In this document: positions 16,125-24,436 of the stretch, one piece after another
Position numbering within the stretch: position 1 is the stretch's first letter
Layout: each line of letters begins with the position of its first letter
Origin: Telmatocola sphagniphila
Lineage (GTDB): Bacteria > Planctomycetota > Planctomycetia > Gemmatales > Gemmataceae
DNA: 32,000 nt
Direction: 5' to 3'
Assembly (NCBI RefSeq): GCF_018398935.1
Contig: NZ_CP074694.1
Span: 2,910,001-2,942,000, forward strand
Translations under genes and position numbers: made by a program
The notes under the pieces: model-generated
What the model was told of the DNA's origin: nothing
The model's input: the letters and a program-made list of their open reading frames with translations, nothing else
Databases searched by the model: none

Positions 16125-17690
16125 ATGCGTAGTTCGTTTATAGCCTGGATTGTCCTGCAAGTCGCTCAGAGCAGTTTGTTGGCTGATGAGCCATTCCGTT
16201 TTTTTGAACCAGTTCAGCCGCCGCGCAAAATGCAGATCGTGGCCCACCTGGGCATGCACCAACTGGCACCCGAAAACTCTCCCGCGGCCTTACTCGCCTG
16301 CTCCAGCGACTACATCGAGTGGGCTCAAGTCCCTATCCGGCTTACTCGGGATGGTAAGCATGTGATTCTGAGCGATGAGACGGTCGATCGCATAACCAGC
16401 GGGCATGGGAAGGTTTCCGAACTAACCTTGGCGGAACTCAAAAAACTCGATACCGGGAGTGCCTACTCCGAACGCTTCAAAGATACACCGATCCCGACAT
16501 TGGCAGAAGTGTTGAAACTCAGCAAAGGGAAATTGAATCTGGTTCTCCAATGTGAACGAGTCGACTCCAAGCTACTGGTGAAGGAAATTCTAGGCGCCCA
16601 GATGCAGAATCAGGTTCTGGTGCAGGCCGAACCAGACGTCCTGAAAAAGATCTCACAGGTTGCTGACCAAAAACTGGCCAAGATGCTTTCTTTTAATCCC
16701 GATCAGGATAAGCTCGAAAACTGGATCTCGGAATTTCAGCCGGACGCCGCATTGGTTGAAGCGGATCGATTGACCAACGCGTTATGCAAAACACTGCAGA
16801 CTCGAGGCATCAAACTCTTCGTTCAAGCGACTGGCTCCCCGGATAGTTTCGAAGTCTGGAATAAACTCATTCATTTCCCGATCGACGCTATAGTCACCGA
16901 TAACCCAGTCGGAGTGCGCTTCGCTGAAGTGCGAAATCGCATTCCGAATTTCCCAGTTAAAATCTCTTATCATCGCGGGGCCTGCCGGTATGCGCCCGAG
17001 AATACGCTCGCTTCCATCCAGATGGCGGCGGCTCTGGGAGCCGACTACATCGAGGTCGATATTCGCCCCACTTCCGACGGAAAATACATGCTCTTGCACG
17101 ATAGCACGCTCAATCGCACCACCAACGGCAAGGGGCCCATCCGAAAATCGAGTTTCGACGAAGTGCGGGCACTGACTGCCGGTGCCTGGTTCAGCAAAGC
17201 TTATGCGGATCAGAAAGTTCCCACACTTTCTGAAGGGCTTACCGCCATGGGAAAACAATCGCACGGCTATCTGGATTCCAAGGACATCACCCCGGAAGAT
17301 CTTTTGGCGGCGATGCAAAAACATGACTTGATGGAACGATCCGTCGTTTATCAATCTGCCCAGTTTCTCGAGAAGTTGAAAAAACTCCATCCGAAGGTTC
17401 GTGCCCTACCCCCTTTGGATAAAGTCGAATATTTCGATAAGGTGGCTGCGATATCCCCCTACGGCTTCGATACCGAATGGAAGATCCTATCCAAAGAGTT
17501 GATCGAAAAAGCTCACAATACCGGCATAAAAATCTTCTCGGATTCCCTCGCACCTCTTCACGAAAATGTCGAGGAGTATCTCAAGGCCATGAACTGGGGA
17601 ATTGATGTCATCCAGACTAATTATCCGCTAAGAGTTTTGCGTGCGATCGAGCTGTTCACCCCATCGGCAAAATCAACAAATTCGAATTGA
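16125..17690 (+). CDS. exported protein with two tandem glycerophosphodiester phosphodiesterase (GDPD) domains
   Basis: 521 aa with an N-terminal signal-like segment. The C-terminal domain is canonical: HRGACRYAPENT, YIEVDIRPTSDG, LLHDSTLNRTTNGKG. The N-terminal domain is recognisable but degenerate: HLG, PENS, ILSDETVDRITSGHG. Confidence 0.85.
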   Translation: MRSSFIAWIVLQVAQSSLLADEPFRFFEPVQPPRKMQIVAHLGMHQLAPENSPAALLACSSDYIEWAQVPIRLTRDGKHVILSDETVDRITSGHGKVSELTLAELKKLDTGSAYSERFKDTPIPTLAEVLKLSKGKLNLVLQCERVDSKLLVKEILGAQMQNQVLVQAEPDVLKKISQVADQKLAKMLSFNPDQDKLENWISEFQPDAALVEADRLTNALCKTLQTRGIKLFVQATGSPDSFEVWNKLIHFPIDAIVTDNPVGVRFAEVRNRIPNFPVKISYHRGACRYAPENTLASIQMAAALGADYIEVDIRPTSDGKYMLLHDSTLNRTTNGKGPIRKSSFDEVRALTAGAWFSKAYADQKVPTLSEGLTAMGKQSHGYLDSKDITPEDLLAAMQKHDLMERSVVYQSAQFLEKLKKLHPKVRALPPLDKVEYFDKVAAISPYGFDTEWKILSKELIEKAHNTGIKIFSDSLAPLHENVEEYLKAMNWGIDVIQTNYPLRVLRAIELFTPSAKSTNSN

Positions 17691-17763
17691 AGTCCATGAG
17701 CGCAGAAACCCCGAGGAGAGGTAGTTGTGCCTCCCCGGGAAATAGGACGAAGGAAATTTCTGT

Positions 17764-18318
17764 TTACTTGCCCGATTTGGGGGCGAGCATGGCCGTCATA
17801 CGCTTGCCTTCGAGCGAAGGGGGCTTTTCGACTTTGGAACAGTCGACTAGCTTTTCGAGAATCATTTTTATGATTCTCTGGCCTTCTTCGATATGCTGCA
17901 TTTCGCGACCGCGGAACATCACGTTCACCTGCACCTTATCGTGGTGTTCAAGGAACTTGCGAGCCTGGGCCACTTTAGTATCGATGTCATGTTCGCCCGT
18001 TTTGGGTCGGACGCGAATTTCTTTGACCTTCTGCTGATGCGCTTTCGCTTTCCCGCTCTTACGAGTCTGCTCGTAACGAAATTTCCCGTAATCCATGAGC
18101 TTACAGACCGGGGGACGTTCGCTGGCGGAGACTTCCACCAGGTCCAACCCCTGATCGCGAGCCATCATCATGGCCTCGGCCGTTGGCACAATACCGTGTT
18201 GCTCGCCGTTGGCGCCAATTAATCGGATGGGAGAGAGCCGGATTTGTTCATTAATACGAGGATTATTGCGGTCACCCGGACGCGGTGGGGCGTTGCGGTC
18301 ACGATCGAACGGAGGAAT
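17764..18318 (-). CDS. infC: translation initiation factor IF-3, initiating at AUU
   Basis: RINEQIRLSPIRLIGANGEQHGIV, DLVEVSASERPPVCKLMDYGKFRYE and MFRGREMQH are canonical IF3 blocks. The start was re-set to the ATT at 18316-18318, with AGGAGA 6 nt upstream. This gives about 184 aa, the normal IF3 size. Confidence 0.9.
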   Translation of the reverse strand: MPPFDRDRNAPPRPGDRNNPRINEQIRLSPIRLIGANGEQHGIVPTAEAMMMARDQGLDLVEVSASERPPVCKLMDYGKFRYEQTRKSGKAKAHQQKVKEIRVRPKTGEHDIDTKVAQARKFLEHHDKVQVNVMFRGREMQHIEEGQRIIKMILEKLVDCSKVEKPPSLEGKRMTAMLAPKSGK

Positions 18319-18330
18319 AAATGGTCTCCT
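18316..18330 (-). promoter_or_regulatory. infC translation-initiation region: SD AGGAGA + 6 nt + AUU start codon
   Basis: The minus strand reads gacAGGAGAccatttATTcctccg. A non-canonical AUU start is the established IF3 autoregulatory feature in many bacteria. Confidence 0.6.
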
Positions 18331-18467
18331 GTCAAAGAAATAAAGTAAAACCCAAGAACCTCTTCGGTCACTGTTACTCTTATGTCTAACTGCCGTTTGA
18401 CCTTTTGTCAACGGGTTTATTTGCATAGTTTAATACAAGGCGGAAATTTCGTCGCAAAGGAGGCTCC

Positions 18468-19289
18468 GTGCCAGAACTTCCCGAAGTGGAAACGGTCGTC
18501 CGGGATTTGCGCCCGGAACTGATCGGTCGACAGCTTGGTAGAATCCACCGCAGTGCCCGGAATCTGCGCCGAAAATGGCAGCCCGAGTGGGATCTGCAAA
18601 TCACCGGACGCAAGATTCAAGCGATAAATCGCCGGGGAAAATGGATTCATATCGCTCTGGACACCGGCCCTTATCTGGTGGTTCACCTGGGGATGACCGG
18701 CCAGTTGCAGGTCCACGGTCAAGCGATCTCCATACCCGCTCATACCCATCTGCGAATGGAACTCGATTCGGGCGAGCGGGAATTACGCTTCACCGATATC
18801 CGGCGATTCGGCAGTTTTCAATTTTTTCAAAATCTGAGCGACTGGGAAAGTTCGGTCACCGAACCACTGGGGCCAGAGCCTTGGGATTTGACCCCGGAAT
18901 ATTGGAAAGAGAAGCTGAAAAAGGCGAATCGAAACCTCAAAGCCCTTCTTTTGGATCAGTCGATTGTGGCCGGGGTGGGCAACATTTATGCCGACGAATC
19001 CCTATTTCACGCGGGCATTCATCCCACTACTCTGGCCAGCCAATTATCCGCCCGCCGCGGCGAAAAGCTCCGGCAGTCGGTCGTGGAGATACTCACCCGG
19101 GCCATCGAGTTGCGAGGGTCGACCATCCGCAACTACGTGGGCGGTTCCGGTCTCAAAGGGGGCTATCAGGATGCCTTTTTCGTTTACGGCCGTACCAATC
19201 AGCCTTGTTTGAAATGCTCAAAACCGATTGAATGTATCCGCTTGGCGGGACGATCCACTCATTATTGCCCCCGTTGTCAGAAAGCTTGA
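18468..19289 (+). CDS. mutM: formamidopyrimidine-DNA glycosylase (Fpg/MutM)
   Basis: GTG start after AAGGAGG. N-terminal PELPEVE with the catalytic Pro2, an H2TH region, and a C-terminal CxxC...CxxC zinc finger (CLKC...CPRC). Confidence 0.95.
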   Translation: MPELPEVETVVRDLRPELIGRQLGRIHRSARNLRRKWQPEWDLQITGRKIQAINRRGKWIHIALDTGPYLVVHLGMTGQLQVHGQAISIPAHTHLRMELDSGERELRFTDIRRFGSFQFFQNLSDWESSVTEPLGPEPWDLTPEYWKEKLKKANRNLKALLLDQSIVAGVGNIYADESLFHAGIHPTTLASQLSARRGEKLRQSVVEILTRAIELRGSTIRNYVGGSGLKGGYQDAFFVYGRTNQPCLKCSKPIECIRLAGRSTHYCPRCQKA

Positions 19290-19292
19290 AGC

Positions 19293-20945
19293 ATGTCCTA
19301 TCGGACGTTGAAAAATCTCCTGGGCGAGAATAACCTCGAGCGCAAGTGCCGAATTCTCTTCGGCGTATCGACGCTCTGCCTGATTACATTCAGCTTCTGG
19401 ATTTTCGCCCGCCAAACCGAAGAACTAGCCTTCAATCAAACCGAACAGACGGCGAAGGTTCTGGTTCCCCTGATTCTCACGAGTTACCACACCGATCAGA
19501 ACAAAAAAGGCGCGATGCTCGATCTTCAAAGCCGTTTCGAGGATCAATGGCAGGACAAGTATCGCAAATACAAATTCCGCCTCATCAAACCGAATGCCCG
19601 TCTGGCGGAGCATAAGGCCGAAGGACTCGAAGTTCCCCTGCTCGCCGATTACGTTGCCAACCCCGAAAAACAGGAAATCTTCTCGCGAAGTACGAATTCC
19701 GACATTCTGACATACATCGCTCCCATTCGTGCTTCAAATAGCTGCATCGCCTGCCACAACGAGATTGAAAAAAAACACAACGGCCAGGAAATTGCGGATA
19801 ACGATCTCATGGCCCTCCTGAAGATCCAATTCGACACCGAAGGGATTGAGGACAGCGTGCATTCCAACCGGGCCATGCTCATCACCATCGCCCTGGTGAC
19901 TTCGCTGATCCTTATGGGGGGAAGCTATGTGATTATCCGATACGTGATAGTGAAGCCGCTCCGCCATTTGAAAGAAGTCAGTGATGCCATTACGGAAGGC
20001 AAGACCAACGTTCGGGCGGAAATCCAAACCGGAGACGAATTCGAGGATCTCAGCATTGCTTTCAATCGGATGTTGCGAAAATTGATGGAGGCCCGGGATA
20101 AAGCGAATGATTTGAATGCCAGCCTGGATAAGAAGGTGGATGATTTAGCCCGGGCCAACCTGCTGCTGGTAGAATCCGACCGCAGCAAAAGCGACTTTTT
20201 GGCAACCATTAGCCATGAGTTGAGAACGCCTTTGAACAGTATTCTGGGATTCAGCGATGTACTGCTTTCCAATACCGGCAGTCTGAATGAAAAGCAGGCA
20301 CGCTGGATAGCCAACATTAAAAGCAACGGTCAGCAGTTGCTGAACCTCATCAACGACATTCTCGATTTGGCGAAGATCGAGGCCGGGCGCATGGAAATTC
20401 GCTCGGACGACATCTCCCTGACCGAACTCTGCGAAAATCAAATTGCGATGGTCCGTTCCCTCTCGGAAAGAAAGCGCATCGACCTGCGCACCCGATACGA
20501 TTCGGTAGTCCCGCTAATCAAGCAGGATAGCGTCAAGCTCCGGCAAATTCTTTCAAATCTGTTGAGCAATGCGGTGAAGTTTTCACCCGAGGGAGGGCGG
20601 GTAATCCTCTCGGTCGAAGTGAAAGACGAAAAATTGATCCTGGCGGTCACCGATAATGGCATTGGGATCGCCCCAGCCGATCAGGAAGTCATTTTCGAAA
20701 AGTTCCGGCAGTCGGGTTCGATTCTCACCCGCGAACACGAAGGCAGCGGTCTGGGTCTGTCGATTGTTCGCGAAATGTGTAAACTTCTGGGCGGTACCGT
20801 CACCCTGAAAAGCGAACTGGGTCGCGGCAGCGCCTTCACCATCACTTTGCCTACCACGGTTCGCGACGGTTCCCGTTACGACTTTGTGCTCCCCAATGCC
20901 GATAGCCACGCCAAATCCAAATCGATAAGTCGGGAGACCGTGTGA
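19293..20945 (+). CDS. membrane sensor histidine kinase with a periplasmic CxxCH (c-type heme, DUF3365/Tll0287-like) sensor domain, HAMP, HisKA and HATPase_c
   Basis: 550 aa. TM1 is ILFGVSTLCLITFSFWIFA. The periplasmic region of about 170 aa contains CIACH (nt 19743-19757). TM2 is AMLITIALVTSLILMGGSYVII. H-box is SHELRTPLN. The N and G boxes are NLLSNAVKF, DNGIGI and GSGLGLSI. No response regulator is in the window. Confidence 0.9.
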   Translation: MSYRTLKNLLGENNLERKCRILFGVSTLCLITFSFWIFARQTEELAFNQTEQTAKVLVPLILTSYHTDQNKKGAMLDLQSRFEDQWQDKYRKYKFRLIKPNARLAEHKAEGLEVPLLADYVANPEKQEIFSRSTNSDILTYIAPIRASNSCIACHNEIEKKHNGQEIADNDLMALLKIQFDTEGIEDSVHSNRAMLITIALVTSLILMGGSYVIIRYVIVKPLRHLKEVSDAITEGKTNVRAEIQTGDEFEDLSIAFNRMLRKLMEARDKANDLNASLDKKVDDLARANLLLVESDRSKSDFLATISHELRTPLNSILGFSDVLLSNTGSLNEKQARWIANIKSNGQQLLNLINDILDLAKIEAGRMEIRSDDISLTELCENQIAMVRSLSERKRIDLRTRYDSVVPLIKQDSVKLRQILSNLLSNAVKFSPEGGRVILSVEVKDEKLILAVTDNGIGIAPADQEVIFEKFRQSGSILTREHEGSGLGLSIVREMCKLLGGTVTLKSELGRGSAFTITLPTTVRDGSRYDFVLPNADSHAKSKSISRETV

Positions 20946-21646
20946 ATCCCCTTTCGGCCCACGCCTGGGATGTCAGCACGGCTGAAGCCGTAATCATCCA
21001 GAACGATCTGGCCCATAAAGTCCGAACCGAACCGCTCCCCTCCCCCGTCCGAGTCATTGCGGGGATGGATGTCAGCTACAATCGATTTTCCGATCTGCTG
21101 TTCGCATCCATCGTCGTTCTCAGTTTCCCGGAACTGGAAGTACTGGAGATCCAGAACGCGAGCCGGCAGACGCACTTCCCCTACCAGTCGGGCTTTCTCT
21201 CGTTTCGCGAGGCACCGGTGCTGCTAGAAGCGTTCGGACAGCTCCGGCAGAAAGTCGATCTGGCTTTTCTCGACGGCCAAGGGATCGCCCATCCAAGAGG
21301 GTTAGGGATCGCCAGCCACGTGGGAGTCTTACTGGATCTTCCGACTATCGGAGTGGGCAAATCGAAACTGTTCGGGCAGTACACCGATCCGGGTCCTGAG
21401 GCAGGCGACTGGTCCGACTTGACGTACAAAGGGAAAATTCTCGGGGCGGTGTTGCGGACGAAAAGAAACGTCTCCTGCGTCTACGTTTCCATCGGGCATC
21501 GGGCGGTGTTAGCAAGTGCTATCGAACTGGTTATGCGGTGCGTTCGCAAGCATCGTATTCCGGAACCGACACGTTTGGCTCATGAAGCGGTCAATCAGTT
21601 TCGTCGAGAGCATTCCGCTGGCGATTCGCAAGAGGACGCTTCGTAG
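20942..21646 (+). CDS. nfi: endonuclease V (deoxyinosine 3' endonuclease)
   Basis: 234 aa. The blocks GMDVSY, SGFLSFREAPVLLEAF, DGQGIAHPRGLGIASHVGV and PTIGVGKS are canonical Nfi. The GTG start overlaps the kinase stop (GTGA). Confidence 0.9.
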   Translation: MNPLSAHAWDVSTAEAVIIQNDLAHKVRTEPLPSPVRVIAGMDVSYNRFSDLLFASIVVLSFPELEVLEIQNASRQTHFPYQSGFLSFREAPVLLEAFGQLRQKVDLAFLDGQGIAHPRGLGIASHVGVLLDLPTIGVGKSKLFGQYTDPGPEAGDWSDLTYKGKILGAVLRTKRNVSCVYVSIGHRAVLASAIELVMRCVRKHRIPEPTRLAHEAVNQFRREHSAGDSQEDAS

Positions 21647-22005
21647 TCTCGACGTACAAACATGAGGATTTTTTCAACTTGTTTGCCAAACGCCCGGCTC
21701 GAATTGCAGACGATTCCCGGCATGCTGGCATTACATAGGGAGGTCGACAAAAGTCGCATCAGCTTGGTCCGATTCCTCGAAGCTGGCTTCCCGACGCGTC
21801 GATTAGAGAATTAGACGCCAATGACCGCGAGGGTCCGGCTTCGGCCTGACGTTTGGATTCTGCGGTATAATGCATTTAAGCGAGCGAAAAATCTGGGTTA
21901 GCTTGTCTATCTTTCCCATCTTTCGGTTGCTTAGCTGCCATTGTGATTTACATTAAACTCAAAGGTAGGCGGTTTGTACCGAGCTTACCTTCGGGGAGTT
22001 GATTC

Positions 22006-22251
22006 ATGCCTGACAACGGTTTTCGCAAATCGCCGAGAAAGCGATTTAGCTTTCTGACCAGCCAACTTGGGAAACGCGCCCGTTTCTCGGGGAAACTGGC
22101 TCACAGCATTCAGGAGGAAAGCCGTGATTCCACTATACGCCAGGATCTTGTGCTTCGGGCACAGGAGAAAATCGCCATGGGGATTTACGATCATCCCTCG
22201 ATTTTAGAGCAAGCGTTCGATCGGATGCGGGAATCCCTGGAAACCCGATAA
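22006..22251 (+). CDS. possible anti-sigma-28 factor FlgM-family protein
   Basis: 81 aa. The C-terminal IRQDLVLRAQEKIAMGIYDHPSILEQAFDRM fits the FlgM C-terminal pattern (R..LV....I..G.Y......A..L). The N-terminus is basic and disordered-looking. A strong terminator follows. Confidence 0.4.
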   Translation: MPDNGFRKSPRKRFSFLTSQLGKRARFSGKLAHSIQEESRDSTIRQDLVLRAQEKIAMGIYDHPSILEQAFDRMRESLETR

Positions 22252-22269
22252 GATTAAAAAACGATAAAA

Positions 22270-22309
22270 CGGCAGCCAATCGGCCAATCCGATTGGCTGC
22301 CGTTTTTTT
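22270..22309 (+). terminator. rho-independent terminator (14-bp perfect stem, 5-nt loop, T7 tail)
   Basis: cggcagccaatcgg ccaat ccgattggctgccg ttttttt. It is preceded by an A4 run. Confidence 0.85.
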
Positions 22310-22357
22310 GTTGGCTAAACTGTTAGAAGCAGGAATTATTGTCCGAGGATTTCGCAG

Positions 22358-22846
22358 GTGCCGCTCCCCTCCGTCTCTGTTTCTCAAACTCCCGAAGAGA
22401 AATTTCGGGAGTTCCTGACCTCCCGGGCGAAGGCCCAGCGCTACACCGATCAGCAGCGCGATCTCGTGCGCTTTATTTTCGAAAAACACAATCATTTCGA
22501 TGCCGAGCAACTCGTCGATGACCTGAAAGCCGGGGGCTTGAAGATCAGCCGGGCGACCATCTACCGCACTCTGACCAAACTCGTGGAAGCCGGAATGCTC
22601 CGCCGGTTGGAAGTCGGCCTGCGAACCTACTATGAACACGACTACGGCTACCCGCAGCACGATCACCTCGTCTGCGAAAGCTGCAACAAGATCATCGAGT
22701 TTCAGAATCCCCAACTCGAAGCAGTTGTCGCAGCCGTCTGTGCCGCCGAATCCTTCCAGCACGCCAGTCATTCCTTATTGATCCGGGGGACCTGCCTGGA
22801 ATGCAATAAGGCTCGTTCGAACAAACGAAAACTGGATCTTATTTAG
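22358..22846 (+). CDS. Fur-family metalloregulator (Fur/Zur/PerR; subtype unresolved)
   Basis: 162 aa. Winged-helix block ISRATIYRTLTKLVEAGMLRRLE, HDHLVCESC, and a second CxxC (CLEC) forming the structural Zn site. The GTG start is uncertain. Confidence 0.85.
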   Translation: MPLPSVSVSQTPEEKFREFLTSRAKAQRYTDQQRDLVRFIFEKHNHFDAEQLVDDLKAGGLKISRATIYRTLTKLVEAGMLRRLEVGLRTYYEHDYGYPQHDHLVCESCNKIIEFQNPQLEAVVAAVCAAESFQHASHSLLIRGTCLECNKARSNKRKLDLI

Positions 22847-22951
22847 TTTGAAATTACCCCTCCCAAATGAATATTCGGCACATTTTAACAAACATTTTTC
22901 TGAGCAAACCGAGCGTGTACTACGCTTTGACGGTGTAGTCCCTCGGTTCTG

Positions 22952-24355
22952 TTGAGAAGGTGTTTTTTGTCTTTCGATAGCTCCAAAAAACTTCGCGTCC
23001 TGCTCCTGGCCGAAATGTGTAACCCCAGTTGGACGAGCGTGCCGCTGATCGGCTACAATCTCGCCGCGGCATTGGCCCGCCATCCCCATCTGGAAGTCAC
23101 TCTGGCCACCCAGATCCGAAATCGAATCGCTCTCGAGGGAGACCCGATCCACCGACATGCGCGGGTCGAATATGTCGATACCGAATACATCGCTAAACCA
23201 TTCCATAAGCTAGCGACCCTCCTACGGGGTGGAAAGCAATTGGCCTGGACGATCGACACGGCGATGATGTGGCCTTCCTACGTCACTTTCGAGAAGGCCG
23301 TTCGTCGAAAATTTGCCCGGGAATTCGAGCAGCAGAAATTCGATATCATCCACCGGCTGACGCCGGTGACTCCCACTCTTCCCAGCCCGCTCGCCAAATC
23401 GGTTTCCATTCCCATGCTGGTCGGTCCGATGAACGGCGGCCTGCCCTGGCCCAAGGAATTCAAACACTTGGCCCGTCAGGAAAAAGAATGGCTGCTGGCC
23501 CTTCGCGGCGTTCACAAACTCCTGCCGTACTTCCGTTCCACCTATCGACATCTGGCGGGCTACATAGCCGGGAGCCGGGAAACGGAAGCCAAAATTCCCA
23601 GGCATTTTCACGGTAAAAAATTCTTCATTTCAGAAAATGGCATCGATCCCGAGAAGTTTCCCATCGCTGATAAGTGGTGCAAACCCCAAGGAAATTTTCA
23701 ATTCATCACGGTCGGACGGCTGGCTCCGGTCAAAGGGTTAGACATGATCATTGAGGCCCTCGCCTCAGTGCCAAATGAGCTCTCACCGCGTCTCGTTATT
23801 GTTGGCGATGGCCCGGAACGGACCCGCCTGGAACGACTGGTGGCCGAAAAAAACTTGCAGGCGCAGGTACGATTCACGGGTTGGCTAGCTCAGGCGGATA
23901 TTTCAAGGGAGTTGCGGTCCAGCCAGGCCTTCCTCTTTCCCAGTGTGAAAGATTTTGGGGGAGGAGCTGTTTTAGAGGCAATGGCATGCGGTTTGCCAAG
24001 CATTGTTTTAGATTACGGCGGCCCCGCGGAACTGATTACCCCAGCTACCGGCATACGGTTACCGCTGCTGAAACGCGAGGCTTTGGTGCCCCTTTTGGGG
24101 CAATCTATGCGACTTTTGGCCACGGATCACGCATTATGCGAACAGATGTCCGTGGCTGCCAGTCTAAGAATTACAGAAGTTTTTACATGGAATGCAAAAG
24201 CTTCAAAAATTTATAGCTTCTACAAAGATATTCTCCATGTCGAACAAGCAAAGCCGGAAGTTGTCGATCGCGGGCTGAGACGGGAAAGAAAATGGATATT
24301 GCCGTCCCGGAAGTCGGTGGTGGGCCGAAGTTCCATGACGGCGTCCGCCACCTAA
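22952..24355 (+). CDS. GT4-family (GT-B, retaining) glycosyltransferase, paralog A
   Basis: 467 aa. C-terminal GT4 block FLFPSVKDFGGGAVLEAMACGLPSIVLDYGGPAELI. Distinctive N-terminal LRVLLLAEMCNPSWTSVPLIGYN. TTG start, so the N-terminus is uncertain. Confidence 0.8.
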   Translation: MRRCFLSFDSSKKLRVLLLAEMCNPSWTSVPLIGYNLAAALARHPHLEVTLATQIRNRIALEGDPIHRHARVEYVDTEYIAKPFHKLATLLRGGKQLAWTIDTAMMWPSYVTFEKAVRRKFAREFEQQKFDIIHRLTPVTPTLPSPLAKSVSIPMLVGPMNGGLPWPKEFKHLARQEKEWLLALRGVHKLLPYFRSTYRHLAGYIAGSRETEAKIPRHFHGKKFFISENGIDPEKFPIADKWCKPQGNFQFITVGRLAPVKGLDMIIEALASVPNELSPRLVIVGDGPERTRLERLVAEKNLQAQVRFTGWLAQADISRELRSSQAFLFPSVKDFGGGAVLEAMACGLPSIVLDYGGPAELITPATGIRLPLLKREALVPLLGQSMRLLATDHALCEQMSVAASLRITEVFTWNAKASKIYSFYKDILHVEQAKPEVVDRGLRRERKWILPSRKSVVGRSSMTASAT

Positions 24356-24436
24356 AGTACTTGAATTTCCTAGTTACCCCTATGCAAGTGCGTGGTTGTT
24401 GATCTAATAATTGCATTACATCTGAAGTGAATATAC

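Noticed and set aside
18319-18426. N-terminal 36-codon extension of infC given in the ORF track
   Set aside because: It has no IF3 homology. A strong SD plus an AUU start at 18318 gives the canonical IF3 length.
21647-22005. tRNA, tmRNA, SRP RNA or RNase P RNA in this or other long intergenic gaps (11495-11776, 15943-16124, 27860-28072)
   Set aside because: None of these gaps contains a T-loop (GGTTCGAATC-type) or D-loop (TAGCTCAG-type) signature, the SRP GGAA/AGCAGC motif, or a tmRNA tag frame. This was eyeball-level only.
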